From Paraspadella gotoi (lineage: Eukaryota > Animalia > Chaetognatha): a stretch of 64,000 nt of DNA. The DNA lies in assembly GCA_051294375.1 (NCBI GenBank), contig CM119267.1:6928550-6992549 (forward strand), written 5' to 3'. A model generated the notes under the pieces. The model saw nothing but the letters and a program-made list of their open reading frames with translations. It was not told the DNA's origin and did not search any database. The translations under genes were made by a program, and so were the position numbers. Of the stretch, positions 40,136 through 52,351 are shown in pieces; within the stretch, counting starts at the first letter, position 1, and each line of letters opens with the position of its first letter.

Positions 40136-41374
40136 TCCTTGTATCTTCGTACATTCCAGGATCGAATGGTTTTTAATTTATTTCTCTCTTATTGATTTCA
40201 TTTCGTACAAGTTTGAATTGGTATATCGGAAGAAATTGTTTTCTTAACCTCCGTTTTACTACAACGATACACTTGTTGATGCTTTATATGCTATACATAG
40301 CGTTTATATTCGTTCTCTTTACAATGATTTTCTTTACTTTTTATCTTTATTCACTCTGGAAATTAATGCGCTTATATAAGTAATTCTAGTCGACTAAATT
40401 AAAAGGGAAATCTTTTGTGAAAAAAAAATGCTCTGTTGCATTGATGATGGATGCTTGTGATTTAGAATACACGACGTCGATTCGGCGTAAATTTTGAAGT
40501 TTTACATTCGATTGAAAGTCGAGAGAACTAAGGGATTTAAAATTTTGGGTTCTTTTTCAATAGTTTTGTAGATCGAGAAAAAAGCGAGATAAGTAGGACA
40601 ATGGCATTTTGTTGAAAATCTTAGTCAGAAATTCACGTTTGCCGTTAGAGGTCGTCTCTTATTAAGTGTTCAATCATCAAATGAACAACGCCCGACTAAC
40701 GAAAAAACATTTGTTTTTTTTTAAAGTTGTATACGAAACATTATTTTTAATTTTAGAAATATCAATTTATATGTAAATAGTAATGCGTTAACATTGTACG
40801 GTCACTTATCATAAACAAAAGGATACATTATAAAAATAAAGTCAAAACCACTTTAAAAAGTTCTTCGCCCCTATAAGCACGGACCAAAGTCCAGAGATAA
40901 CTGTCCCGAAATCTTGTCCCGCCAAAACAATTTTCTTTTTGAAAGTATTACCAAATAAAACATTTGATTCCGACTGCTTCTTCAAAACATCTTGACAATA
41001 TGTAATGATTGAAGCGTTAAACTTAAAGGTAAATAAGATTGTATTGATAACTGAGCCAAACGCAATGTCACCGAGGAAAAAACGAAGTTTGTGTTTCTTC
41101 TTATTTTACAAACAACTTACCTTATTTGGTCAAGTTTTGTTTTTGCTATAGGACATACCTTTCCTTCAGAAATTCACAGCGTAAATACTACTTACCAGAA
41201 GCAAATGCGCTAACTTTTATTTACGGTATAAGCAAACACTATAGCTTTTCTATAAATATAATATAAAATATACTCTTTAGGTTTCCCTTTCGATCGCTCG
41301 TAGTCGCCAACGATTAAAGTGTTTCACCAAAAAGTGAAAAGTGATCAAAACTTCATTTACTGATGGAGACAATA

Positions 41375-42223
41375 TCTACATCGAGGAAAATGTGTTGTGG
41401 GGGGGAGGGTAAAAAAAATAAGTTTGGTGTTAAATTTGGTCAAAACCCTTTGTGCTACCCTCGACTAAAGGATGAAAAAGCATACCTTGAGCACCTTCTC
41501 GTCAATTGACTAAATACTATTGAGCCTAGCCAGGTCGAAATGATTTCATTAGTTGCACCACCCTTCAAGGATGATGCTGTCATAATTTCACCTTTCTATC
41601 ATCACGTCGGATCACGCTACTTCATATAGTGTATACGGGGGGATAGATAACAACTAGCTTTGAACCCCTAATCGCATTTTATAATTATTTTTATACAGAT
41701 TACCGAATCTTTTTGCATGCTCTTAAACTAACAACATAAAATCAGTCAGGAACAAACTCTTGGAATCTCGATTGTATCTTTGTAGAAATCCGTATAAACA
41801 ATATAATATAATATAACATAATATTATATAATATAACAATATAAACAATACTTCCTGTATAAAATATGACAAAAATACAGCAGTGCTATAAAGTATATAC
41901 CCCACGGTATAATCCTTTCTTTCATAGTGTTATAGAGATTTACAATGAATTTCATTTGGTTTGTTAACGACGATATTTATATAATTATGCAATTTAGATC
42001 TCCCAGAAATATCACGCAAACCCCTTCAGGTTGAAAAAAGAGATATTTTTAAAGAACCAAGCAGTTATTCAGCCAGCACACTTATTAGATTAATCAAATT
42101 ATATTTATTTATTTTATAACCCTAATACTTAATTGTTTGCTTTTGGTTCACATATGATGTAAAACGATAATGATTAGAAAAGATTTTAAATTAAATATAT
42201 TTTCTAAAGTAGGATATTTTTGT

Positions 42224-42267
<44 letters not shown>

Positions 42268-42436
42268 ATGTGACTAGGCTCAATAGTCAATAGTATTTAG
42301 ACAAATAACAAAAATGTGCTCATGGTATGTTTTTTCTTCCTTGAGCCGAGGGTAGCACGAAGAGTGTTGAACCAAATTTAACACCAAGTAGTGCAAACTT
42401 ATTTCTTTACCCCCAACATATTTTCCTAGACGTAAA
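41375..42436. mobile_element. MITE-like element with ~150-bp imperfect TIRs
   Basis: GGTGTTAAATTTGGT..GTGCTACCCTCG..TATTGAGCCTAG (41425-41530) is inverted at 42274-42390 (CTAGGCTCAATA..CGAGGGTAGCAC..ACCAAATTTAACACC). Confidence 0.75.
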
Positions 42437-42484
42437 TAAAGATTGGAACACTTGTCACATTTTGGTGAAATACCTTAGCCAACG

Positions 42485-43902
42485 ATGGCCCAAGTGGTCT
42501 TCACCTTTCCTCTTCTGGTGCTGATGGCCGTCAGTTGGAGCTACATCTATTTGCTGATTTCTCTCCTTGACGACTGCATCGACTGGATCTCCGTTCTGTG
42601 GACTCTCGCTCTGACCAACCTCGTTTCCACCTTTCCACTCGCGTTGCATTTCCGCCAATCGCCTCTGGGACCCGCGTCGTTGAAGGGATGTTGGAGAGTC
42701 CAGCTGGCGACCGTGGCGGCGTTGGAGGTGCTCTGTAAGGTGGGTCACGAACGACTGGAAAAGAATTTTCGGTCCACAATTAGTTTTTAATGTTTACTTA
42801 TAAGAAAAATAATTTTATTATTTTAAAACTCAGATTAGTAAATAGACGTATACCACAACTGAAGCTATATATTCATTGAAGTCAAAATATGTTAAGAAAA
42901 AATATTAAAGTGTTTTTTTTTTATATCAAATTATGATACAGACTATGATCAAAAATGACAACAGAAAAAGAATAAAAAATAGCACAGCACATTGTTTATA
43001 ATTATGCAGGCTTTAGTGGCTGAATACGTGCATTTTAAGGAATAGTTTTAAATTTAGAAAAGTTTTAAAGACTGCAGTTTTAAAAAAAAACATAGATAAC
43101 CCCTCCCCGCAAGGTGTTGACGGTAGTGGCCGTAACCGGCGCTCCCGTCGGCGACGCCGTCACTCTCTGGAACCTCAGCGTCGTTTGGGCGACGATAATC
43201 CAATCTGCGCTCCGACGAAAAGCGCCGGGACGAATCCAAACCGGCGCTGTCGTCTTCACTCTCGCCGGCGTCGTACTCATTCAAAAGCCGAGCTTCATTT
43301 TCGGCGTCGATTTCGGTGGCGAAGACGTCGCCTCGGCGTTCCCCGATCGTCAGTACTTTTATCTCATCGCCACCGGAATCTCCCTCCCCTACGCGGGCTA
43401 CTTTGTCCTGACGGAGCAGCTCCAGCGGCGCGGCGTCCACTGGAGCGCTTTTTACCTCAACTACTCCGTGGCGGCGCTCTTCGTGGCCGGGGCGTGCACT
43501 ATCGTCGAGCCGGAAAGGCAGCTGCGCATCGCGACCTCTCTCTCGACGCTGGATTTCGGTGGCGTCGCGCTCGTGGGCGTTTTCGACGTCGTAGGCCGCT
43601 GCTGCTTCGTTTTCGCGTTGCAGCATGTGGGCGCGGAAGTGGTGGCCGTCTTCTCGACCCTCGAAATCCCCGTCTCTTACATCTTAGCCTTCGCCATGTT
43701 GGGACAGCAACCGGACGCCGTTGGTCTCGTCGGCGCCGGATTGATCTTCGCGGCGCTGGTGGCGATGGCGGTGGAGGGGTTCTGGAAGAAGAGGGATGGG
43801 GAGGGGGTGCTGCGGAAGAGGGGGGCGGAAGGGGCGTTTAAGAATGGAGGGGTTGATGTGAAGACGAGGGAAATCGTCGACGAAAGGTCTTCGTTGTTGT
43901 GA
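42485..43902 (+). CDS. EamA/DMT-superfamily transporter (SLC35G-like), paralog 1
   Basis: Exons 42485-42739 and 43114-43902 (phase 0). About 10 hydrophobic helices, with motifs PVGDA, GVVLIQKPSFIFG, LEIPVSYILAF and GLVGAGLI. Confidence 0.88.
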
Positions 43903-44333
43903 TAAAAAGATTTAATGAAATTTTACTCGTTTACTGAATTTGACATGTGTTTTTTAAATCCTAGGGGGGGGGGAAATCAAGGTCAAGTCGGTCAACATAT
44001 CTGTTAACGTGACGTCACAGAGGCAAACCAGTTGAAACCGCTTTTCGGGCGAGCTCTTTAAAAACGTTTCATACGTCATATATCTGAATGTTTTTTGGCG
44101 TTGTTGACTGTCTTGAAATATATGAAAATTTCAAAATTATTTGTTTCACAATTTTAGGTCTTAGCTTTTATTATACTCGATATAATTATTACAAATTATT
44201 ATTATTATTATTAATATTATTACAAATTCTATATTTGTTATTAATTTTGGTTTTTGATAATCTAAACCTGAAAAATATTATTGAAGAGACAGTAAATTAT
44301 TGATATGTGTTAATGACAGAACCGTTCAATGTA

Positions 44334-44411
44334 AGCAGTCCCTCTGAGCTTCGGATCAGGCTGTAACACCATGTTACAGGCGGGTTAAGCGCCCCGTCCC
44401 TCTAAACTGCT
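44334..44411 (-). ncRNA. Type-P5 twister ribozyme-like fold, family B copy 1
   Basis: AGCAGUUU(P5) A GAGG(P2') GA CGGG(T1') GCGCU U^AA CCC(P2) GC(T2) C UGUAACA-UGG-UGUUACA(P3) GC CUGA UCCGAAGC(L4) UCAG A GGGACUGCU(P5'). Predicted cut at 44387/44386. Confidence 0.85.
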
Positions 44412-44413
44412 AG

Positions 44414-44485
44414 GCGACCACCGGGCTAGAACCCCGGACCTTTGGGTTCGGAGGCGAATGACTTGCCTCCGGCAGCAATGGCCGC
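44414..44485 (-). pseudogene. tRNA-Arg-derived SINE head (second copy ~44837-44908)
   Basis: 72 nt. Acceptor stem GCGGCCA/TGGTCGC; T-arm CCGGG-GTTCTAG-CCCGG; anticodon loop CTCCGAA (CCG) with a broken stem. AAGTCATTCGCCTCCGAACCCA resembles metazoan tRNA-Arg as I recall it. Confidence 0.7.
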
Positions 44486-44758
44486 TGATGAACGGTTAGT
44501 GGATTTTTTAGTCCACCATACATCCCCCCTCCCGTAGGGAGAAGTCTGTTGCGTCTCTTCAGTGAATTGTTGTTGTTGGTGGAAAGTTTGTCACCAAGTT
44601 GAGGCATGTCGCCTGATGTGTTGTGGGTGGAAAGTGCATCGCCAGGTTGAGGCATGTCGCCTGAAAGTGTTGTTGTTGCTGTTGTGTTTGGAAGTCGGGC
44701 TCACCAATGAAGAGACAGTAATTATTGATATGTGTTAATGACAGAACCGTTCAATGTA

Positions 44759-44834
44759 AGCAGTCCCTGAGCTTCGGATCAGGCTGTAACACCATGTTAC
44801 AGGCGGGTTAAGCGCCCCGTCCCTCTAAACTGCT
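44759..44834 (-). ncRNA. Type-P5 twister ribozyme-like fold, family B copy 2
   Basis: Same core, with P4 CCUGA/UCAGG. Predicted cut at 44810/44809, 423 nt from copy 1. Confidence 0.85.
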
Positions 44835-46120
44835 AGGACGACCACCGGGCTAGAACCCGGACCTTTGGGTTGGGAGGCGAATGACTTGCCTCCGGCAGCA
44901 ATGGCCGCTGATGATGATTTAGATAATCGATGTTCAACAGAAAAAGGTGCTCCGTTTTAACTGGTTCGTCCTTTACGCAATAGGGTTCGATTCGACCTTC
45001 AACTCGACTTCACCTACAATTAGTTCGATCGAAAGGTTTGAAGTTGTTCGACGGGTCTTGACTCTTGAGAGATTAGGGTTTTAGAGATCACAAATCTTGA
45101 GTTACATTTTTAGTAATAACTTATTAAGCTAACTAGAGTGAAAACAAAATTAGGCTCTCTCTCTTCATATTTCAGGATATCTTTACATAAATTATATAGG
45201 GCTAAAAAGAAAATCATATTATGCAAACAGTACCCTGTACAGTTTACAGTGTAAAGTACAATGTACAGTGTACATATTCCATCTCGCGAGGAGGGCGCTA
45301 TTTGCGTGAAACTTTATATAGTGCTCGCATTTCGGTCGCATTTTGATAGGTTCTCAACCTATTTTGTCAATAAATATTTTGTGTGAGATAATCAAGTCAA
45401 ACGAGTTCCGAAACGGACTAGGATCGGGGACAAAAGACGTTGAACTCGAATCATCTAATCCCCTTCATGGCGTCTCATGAAAGCGAGATTCTTCAAATTT
45501 TCATACATTATTTGAATTTCACGCATATTAACGAATGCTTTTTTTTTTTATTTATTTTTATGATTTTTCATAAAAAAATTTTATAATCAAAAAAGAAAAA
45601 CAAACAAAAACAACCGGGGTCCTGTGAGCTCTTTTTTTCTGCCGCAATCAGTTCAATTGTCCAAGTGTCCAGGGCGACACTTAATAATCTGGTTGTACGT
45701 TAATGATCTCGTCATGTTTTTTTTTAACACCTGTTTTAAACAAGAGTCCTAAAATATTTTGCATCGGAGACGTTTAACCTTCCCGGGTCTCTCCATAAGT
45801 CTCTGTGGGGATGTTATTCGTAAACAAAAGCCTTTTTAGTCGGATCTGCTTTCAGCAGATCCCGACTCAATAATTCACTTTGTCGGTCCGTCGGTCCGCC
45901 CCCTCAATATTTTCGGGCATTCACTTACATTATGTCAGAACATCGAATTATGATAAATTGTGCAAAAGACCAATTTGCGCTTTTTTTTTTCCATCCAAAT
46001 CAAAAATATTCCAGAACTGAAACTGAAGCTGACGGCTCAAACCAATTTTTCGAATCGTCGCGTCTTTCAAAACCACTTGAGTCTTGATATAGTAAACAAA
46101 CTCGACATAAACAAACAAAC

Positions 46121-48019
46121 ATGAATTCTCAATCGATTCTCGCCGTACCGCTCCTCTTTATCATGACGGCCAGCTGGAGCTACATGCTCCTGTTAATCTC
46201 CCTTTTCTCCAGCCGCATCGATTGGGTGGTGGTGCTGTGGCTCTTCGCGCTCGCCAACCTCTTCGTCAGCATCCCTCTGGCCATCTACTTCCGGCAAACG
46301 CCCTTCGGCCCGTCGGATCTATCCGGCCTTTGGCGCTGTCAGCTTCTGACGGTTCCGACGATGGAGGCGCTTTGCAAGGTAGTTCTTCCATCCCTTGCAG
46401 GGAGAGTAAAGAATAGGGGTTGAAAAAAAAACCCTAAAAAGAGAAAAAAGTGGCGAAATTTCACTTTCGTCGACCGCGGTTATGGCGGCTTTTGAAAAAT
46501 CATTTAAAAATATTTATTTAAAAAAAAAATAAAAAGAATATTACTTAATTACCCTAACCCTAAACCCTCCTAACCCTAACCACCCTTATCCCTAAACCAC
46601 CCCTAAATCACCCTTTACCCTAACCCCTCCCTAACCCCGGTCGGCGAAAGTAAAAGTTACCCAAAACAGTTTTTAGGTAAGAAAGAAAATATATTTTTGG
46701 TAAAATTATTAATTGAGTCAAAATCGAATTTTCAAAAGAAGTAGGAATAAAAAGTTAAACTATAAAAAATTAAAGCTCGATAAAACTCGACCATTTTGGT
46801 GTGACGAGGTGTACACGCTCCCCTCTTGCATATTTCCTCATCTGTGACCGAAATTCTTGCTCTGTCTGATCACTAACATATCCCTTACGGTCGACGGAAC
46901 ATGGGCTTTCTTCACCACGATTGTTGATCATCAGCAAGATCTCAGAGACAATGAAAAATCAGTCTGATTGTAGTTTTAAACAGTGACAAAATTTCATACC
47001 ATACAAAATATTCTTTTCAAAAGAGAAAATTTTAAACATCTTGTATGTATAAATTCATTATTTATAATACGTTTTATTCTATTCTTACGTACTTAATTAA
47101 ACTAGAATGTGTGAGATTCTTGATTGAAATGTTATCTTATGAGAAGAAATGGGGGCCTTTTACCCAACATTGCCGGTCCAAAGTAAAGGGCAGAATTGCT
47201 TATTTATAGAATGAATGGTTCTCCTAATATAAATATCTTCAATATCTTCATATATATTCATATCATTTAATCCATCCCCTCTATTTTACTCACTTTTATT
47301 CACTTTTATTCACCACTCACCAGGTCCTCCTATCCATCTCGCTCTCCGGATGTCCGATGGGCGACGCCGCGACTCTTTGGAACACGAACGTGGTCTGGGT
47401 GACCGTCTTCCAATCGTTGCTGGAACGACGATTTCCCAGGGCCGTTCAAATCGGCGCCATCGTCCTCGCACTCACCGGCGTCGTTCTCATCCAGAAACCG
47501 ACGTTCGTCTTCGGCGACGCCGTCGACGCCGCCTTCTTGACGTCGGATTTTCCCGACCGGAAATACTTTTACGTCCTCGCTCTTTTCATCTCGTTCCCTT
47601 ACGCCATCTACTTCACTCTCACCGATCACTTGCAACGCCGCGGCGTCCACTGGAGCGTCTTTTACCTCAATTACACCCTCGCGGTGCTGGCGGCGGCCAT
47701 GGCGTTTTCTCTTCCGGCGCCGATGGATCGAGTACGCCAGGTGGCGTCTTTGACGGCGCTGGAAGCCTGCGGCGTCGTCCTCATCGGCGTCTTCGAAGTC
47801 TTGGGGCGCGCTGGTTCCTTATTCGCGTTGCAATACTTCAACGCCGACGTCGTCGCCATTTTTGCTCTCTTAGAAATTCCCGTCACTTACTTCTTGGGCT
47901 TCAAGCTGCTTGGTCAGATGCCCGACGTGCTTGGCGTGGCGGGCTCGGCGCTGATATTTTTCGCGTTGGTGGCTCTGACTGTCGTGGAAGCCTTCAAGAA
48001 GAGAGGGAAGGATGAGTAA
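46121..48019 (+). CDS. EamA/DMT-superfamily transporter (SLC35G-like), paralog 2
   Basis: Exons 46121-46378 and 47324-48019. The intron sits after ..ALCK as in paralog 1. Shared motifs GVVLIQKP, FPDRkYFY, LQRRGVHWS.FYLNY and LEIPV. Confidence 0.88.
46457..46660. mobile_element. MITE with ~26-bp TIRs and (CCCTAA)n-like interior
   Basis: AATTTCACTTTCGTCGACCGCGGTTA ... TAACCCCGGTCGGCGAAAGTAAAAGTT. Interior CCCTAACCCTAAACCC. Confidence 0.7.
47110..47235 (+). mobile_element. Old decayed family A fragment
   Basis: GCCGGTCCAAAGTAAAGGGCAGAATTGCTTATTTATAGAATGAATGG versus family A GCCTGTCCAAAGTCAGGGGCAAGATAGCTTATTTATTAAATGAATGG. Confidence 0.6.
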
Positions 48020-48370
48020 GAAAGAGAGATCGAATCGTTCTCAATTACTTTTTTAGAAAAACTTTATTCTTTTAAATAATAGTTTTTATTTCCTCTCTCT
48101 CTGTTACTTAAATGTTTTGGATATAAAAATTGTTGAATAATAAAAAAAAAGGGAAAAAAAAGTGTTTTTATTTCAAACAGCTATTTAGAACTACTGACAA
48201 GGATTTTCGTGAGTTTTGCCTCTCAAACCTTTTTCAAAGATAGACTAAAACCGAGGTTTACCCGAATTCGGGTGGAAGAAGTTCCGTTGATTTATATATT
48301 TTTTTTAAATTTTCTTTTTTATTTCTTTTTCTTTGTTTACCTGTTTGTTTGTTTGTTTACCGTCTCGACG

Positions 48371-49301
48371 ATGGTTCTGCTGCAAGAGGGAGATCGACAG
48401 ACGCCTTGGCTCTTGATCGTCCTTTCGTTGGCCTTTTGCGTGGGCGTGTCTCGATCTCTGGAGAAAAACGGAGATCAATATTGCGAAGCCTTGACGCCGT
48501 TATTGCTAAAGGTTTGTTTAAACGTCTCTTATTTCACGCTTTATATTTGTATTATTTGTTTTACCGAATTAGACTTTAAAATTTTATATTAAAATTTTTA
48601 AAAAAATTATTTAATTCCTTTTATCCCGATTTCTACGTTTTTTATTTTTTGTCTTAATCGTTGCTTGTTTATCCAATGTTCATTGTTAACTGTTTAGTAT
48701 ACTTGTTTATTGGATGTTCATTGTTAAATGTTGAGTTTACTTGTTTATTGGATGTTCATTGTTAAATGTTGAGTTTACTTGTTTATTGAATTGTAGTCAG
48801 GCATTGCGTTCATTGTTAAATGTTTAGTTTACTTGTTTATTGAATGTTCATTGTTAAATGTTTAGTTTACCGACTCGTTCATCATTTACATCATTTACAA
48901 TTAAATCTTTTTACACTTCCAATCTTCAATCTTCGCCACCTTCCGCGCCCACCTCAACCCCACTCCCCCACCACCTCTCTACCCTCAAAACCACCGCCCA
49001 GTTCGAAGAGAACGTTGCGGCAAAGATGCCCACCTTCGGTTGCGGCGAGCTCAGCATGGGCGAGTGCTTCGGTTCCATGAAACGCCGCACGAGTCATCGC
49101 CTCTTCGGAACGCCGTGTCCAGAGTGCGAGGAGGAGCAGGTGGGCGAGGGAGTTGAAGGCGGCGTGGAAGGAGCGGCCAAGGCGGAGTCGGACGGACCGC
49201 CCAAGGACGACAAGATCACCACCATGAATCGGGCCGAGCGAATCGTCGAAGAGGCGAGGGGCGTTGGCGGGGAAAAGAAGGCCTGGTGGCGGCGGTGGTG
49301 A
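48371..49301 (+). CDS. Small secreted Cys-containing protein / candidate neuropeptide precursor (~146 aa)
   Basis: Exons 48371-48511 and 49002-49301 (phase 0). Signal-peptide-like WLLIVLSLAFCVGVSRS, then FGCGELSMGECFGSMKRR and an acidic C-terminal part. Confidence 0.7.
48665..48870. repeat. ~38-bp intronic minisatellite
   Basis: TTGTTTATTGGATGTTCATTGTTAAATGTTGAGTTTAC, about 5 copies. Confidence 0.85.
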
Positions 49302-51511
49302 TTGGTTGTTGTTTTCGTCGTCGTCGTGATCTCAGTTCGGGATTCGAATTAGCATTAGGTTTCCTCCAAATTGGTTTCGCCATTTAAAAACTACAAATAT
49401 TAAATTCGTTTTGTACGAATTCTGTTTGCCAGTTGGTTACGAATGACGATAATTTTAGACACTTTTTTTGGTATTTAGTAATTTTATTTCGTATATATGA
49501 CTCGATAATAAGATACAATCGGTTTAAATATTTATTTTATCTCCCTTATAACTCATCCGAATAATGGCTTAGTCGTCACAAAAAGATTTATCAGGGTTGC
49601 TCTCTTGTTTATCACTAAAACAAAAGAGAAGATCATTTTTTATCCTCAGAAAATGGTTCTGGCCAAGTGGACCGCTTGTCTTTACTGTAAAGAGAAGAAG
49701 CGGTCTTCGTCGTTGTCGTCGTCGTCGTCGTCGTCGTCGTCGTGTTGTGGCCACATTTACTTTCGATGTTATAAACTTAATCTCACCATAAATTTTTTTC
49801 TCGAGTTATCCATTAAGCAAGTCCGTCCATCGTCCTCTTTTGGCGTCGGCGTCCGTGACGCAACTATGCCGGACTATTGAGCGCAGCGGCAGCAGCGGCA
49901 ATCTTTACAGAGCCGCAATCCTTTCCATTGGGCGTCTTAGGTCGGCATCGAAATTATTCCGCTGTTTCGATTTCCTTAGGGTTTCGCATACAATCAGTGT
50001 CTTTTAGACAACGAAATGTAATCCTGAACTTCAAATAATTACCATATTTTTTGATCTCATTGGTTAGTAAACGAAGCTTTCTTCATTTAAAAAAACGGTA
50101 GTCTCAAGTTATCTCCTTCTTATCACTTAGAACTTCCCATGTAAATTTCTATGAGATTAAAAATACGGTAAGACATGATTTCTTCAATGATTGTCAATCT
50201 AATCTCATTACTGCTTAATTTTAGAAAAAAGGTATGCTTGAATTTTTATGGTACAGATGATTTTTAAAGATCGAATTCCTTATAAGAATCCTCAAGTCTT
50301 TTACTTACACAAAAGATTTTAGGTAAGACGCAAATTATCTGATACAATTTTTTTTCCTTCATACGCTTTTCCCGATTATTTTTCTTTACCTTTTTTCTTC
50401 TCTTTACTTTATATTTTTCTCTTCTCTTTCCTCTCTTACTTCTCACGCTGTCACTTACCATTTTTTTTGGCCTACCTTTTTCTGTCACTCATGCACTTTC
50501 CTCACCTTTTTTTCTCATCTTCATTCTTTCCCTTTTTTCCCTCTTTTTCTTTCCATTTTCCCCTCTTTTCTTACCTTACAATTGTTTTCACTATTTTTTC
50601 TACATTTGCCTTCGTTTTTTTGCCTTTCACCCTCTCTTTCATTCTCTCCCCTTCTCCTTTTCTTGTTTTCCCTTTCTATTTCCTCTCACTACGTTTAAAT
50701 TGAGCCAAATCAAAGAAAATATTTAAAATGCATTATAAGAAAGAAAATGAACGGTAGCGCATGATTTTTCTTTCAATTTTGGTTGCCAAGCAAATTTAGT
50801 AAATCGACAGATTTTTGCGGATTCTGAGAAGAAAGAAGTCCTGACGCTTTCCATTGGGTTAAAAGGATGCGGTTTTTTTTAATTAAATCAAGGTCAGTAT
50901 GTACCTCATCTTTTAAATAATAAATGAGTTGAAAATATTCTCTTTATCAAAAATAAATGCAAGTCACAAAAGTCACAAATTAAAAGACGTCTTTTAAAAA
51001 TTTATTTGTGGCTAAACCAAAAAGTTTTTTGATAATTTTTATAGGTGTTAAAGCTTATTCAATAGGCTATATTTTCTGTAATTTCAACCATTTGATTTAT
51101 TTTTGTTTAACAAATTATGATAAAGACTGAAACTCCAACTTTTTGACTTGTTAACTTTAAAATTAATTCATAGGCACAACTATAAAATGATTTAAGCTAA
51201 TAAATTTACCCAGAGGTAAAAAAGATAAGAAAGAACGGATTTCCAAAGTAAAAATTTTCTCACTTCCTTGGCATTCAATAGAAGTCGTAGTAAAAATGGA
51301 CAAAAATGGACATAATTTTTTGGCTTAAAAGTTGCACAAAATGGTACTATTTATCATTAGAAACGGTGGGAGATTTTCTAACCAATCCATTCGTTTCGGC
51401 CTAATTTGTGTTGTGGTACAAAGTTAATTAACATTTTTAAGTAACAAACTGAACAATAGTGGAAAGAGTCGTTTTTTTCCTAAATGCAAGCGTTGTACGA
51501 CCGGAACCTTA

Positions 51512-51586
<75 letters not shown>

Positions 51587-51639
51587 AGCCGCCGGTGGAG
51601 AAAGAGAGTAAAAACTGTTGTGGCGGCGAATGCAACCGG

Positions 51640-51827
51640 CAGTGATCGCGGATTCTGTGCCAAAGGTGGCGGCGGGATGACGGTGAAGGCGGCGGCGGAG
51701 TTGGCGACCGCTTGTGCGGCGAAGGAGGCGTGCCGCGGTGGTGCCGTGAAGTTGCGGCCGGCGTAGAGACTCCTCGTTTCTTGGCGAAGGAGGGAAATTA
51801 CATTAAGAGAGATGAAGAGAAAGAGAA

Positions 51828-51899
<72 letters not shown>

Positions 51900-52267
51900 G
51901 ATTTAGCGTTAATGCCACTGGTAGATTACTTTTATCACTACGATGGGATGAAGGAGAAACAATTTTATTAGGGAGTTTTCATTGTTCACATTTCGTCCGT
52001 ATTGTTTCAGGTATTGTAATGTATGATGCGAAATTATTCAATTTTAAAAATATAAAACCAAAGTAGATATAAATGAAAAAGCAGAAAGCTCAAAAGTCCA
52101 AGTAAAATACCATCCCCTCCATTTAATCTCTTTTCTTTCGCAGGATCTTTCCCTTCCGCCCCCGCCCCCGCCGATGCTAAATGCCGGGATTCGCCGGACC
52201 GCGAGGCGGAAATCGTAAATAATTGTACGTTCGGAGGAGAATCTGCCGCCGACCGAGAATCATTCAT
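51640..52267 (-). CDS. Possible exons of an unidentified low-complexity protein
   Basis: GC-rich segments ~52267-52111 (..KEKRLNGGD/gt) and ~51779-51640 (ETRSLYAGRNF..PPPP) join in phase. No recognisable domain. Confidence 0.3.
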
Positions 52268-52315
52268 TCTCCCGCCTGCCTCTCCGTCCTCTGTCTCTCT
52301 CTGCTCTCTCCTCCT

Positions 52316-52351
<36 letters not shown>

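Larger units (their letters stand above)
44282..44913 (-). mobile_element. Family B: ~1.5 tandem units (~423 bp) of a tRNA-derived SINE/retrozyme carrying a twister ribozyme
   Basis: 44282-44490 is repeated at 44708-44913. Each repeat consists of a tRNA-like head, a twister and a tail. Confidence 0.85.

Noticed and set aside
44414-44485. Functional tRNA-Arg gene
   Set aside because: D and anticodon stems are broken and the T-loop is non-canonical. Treated as a SINE head.
44480-44565. CTGATGA / CTGAAGA hammerhead cores within family B
   Set aside because: No stem II-GAAA or NUH arrangement could be built. The twister fold explains the element.
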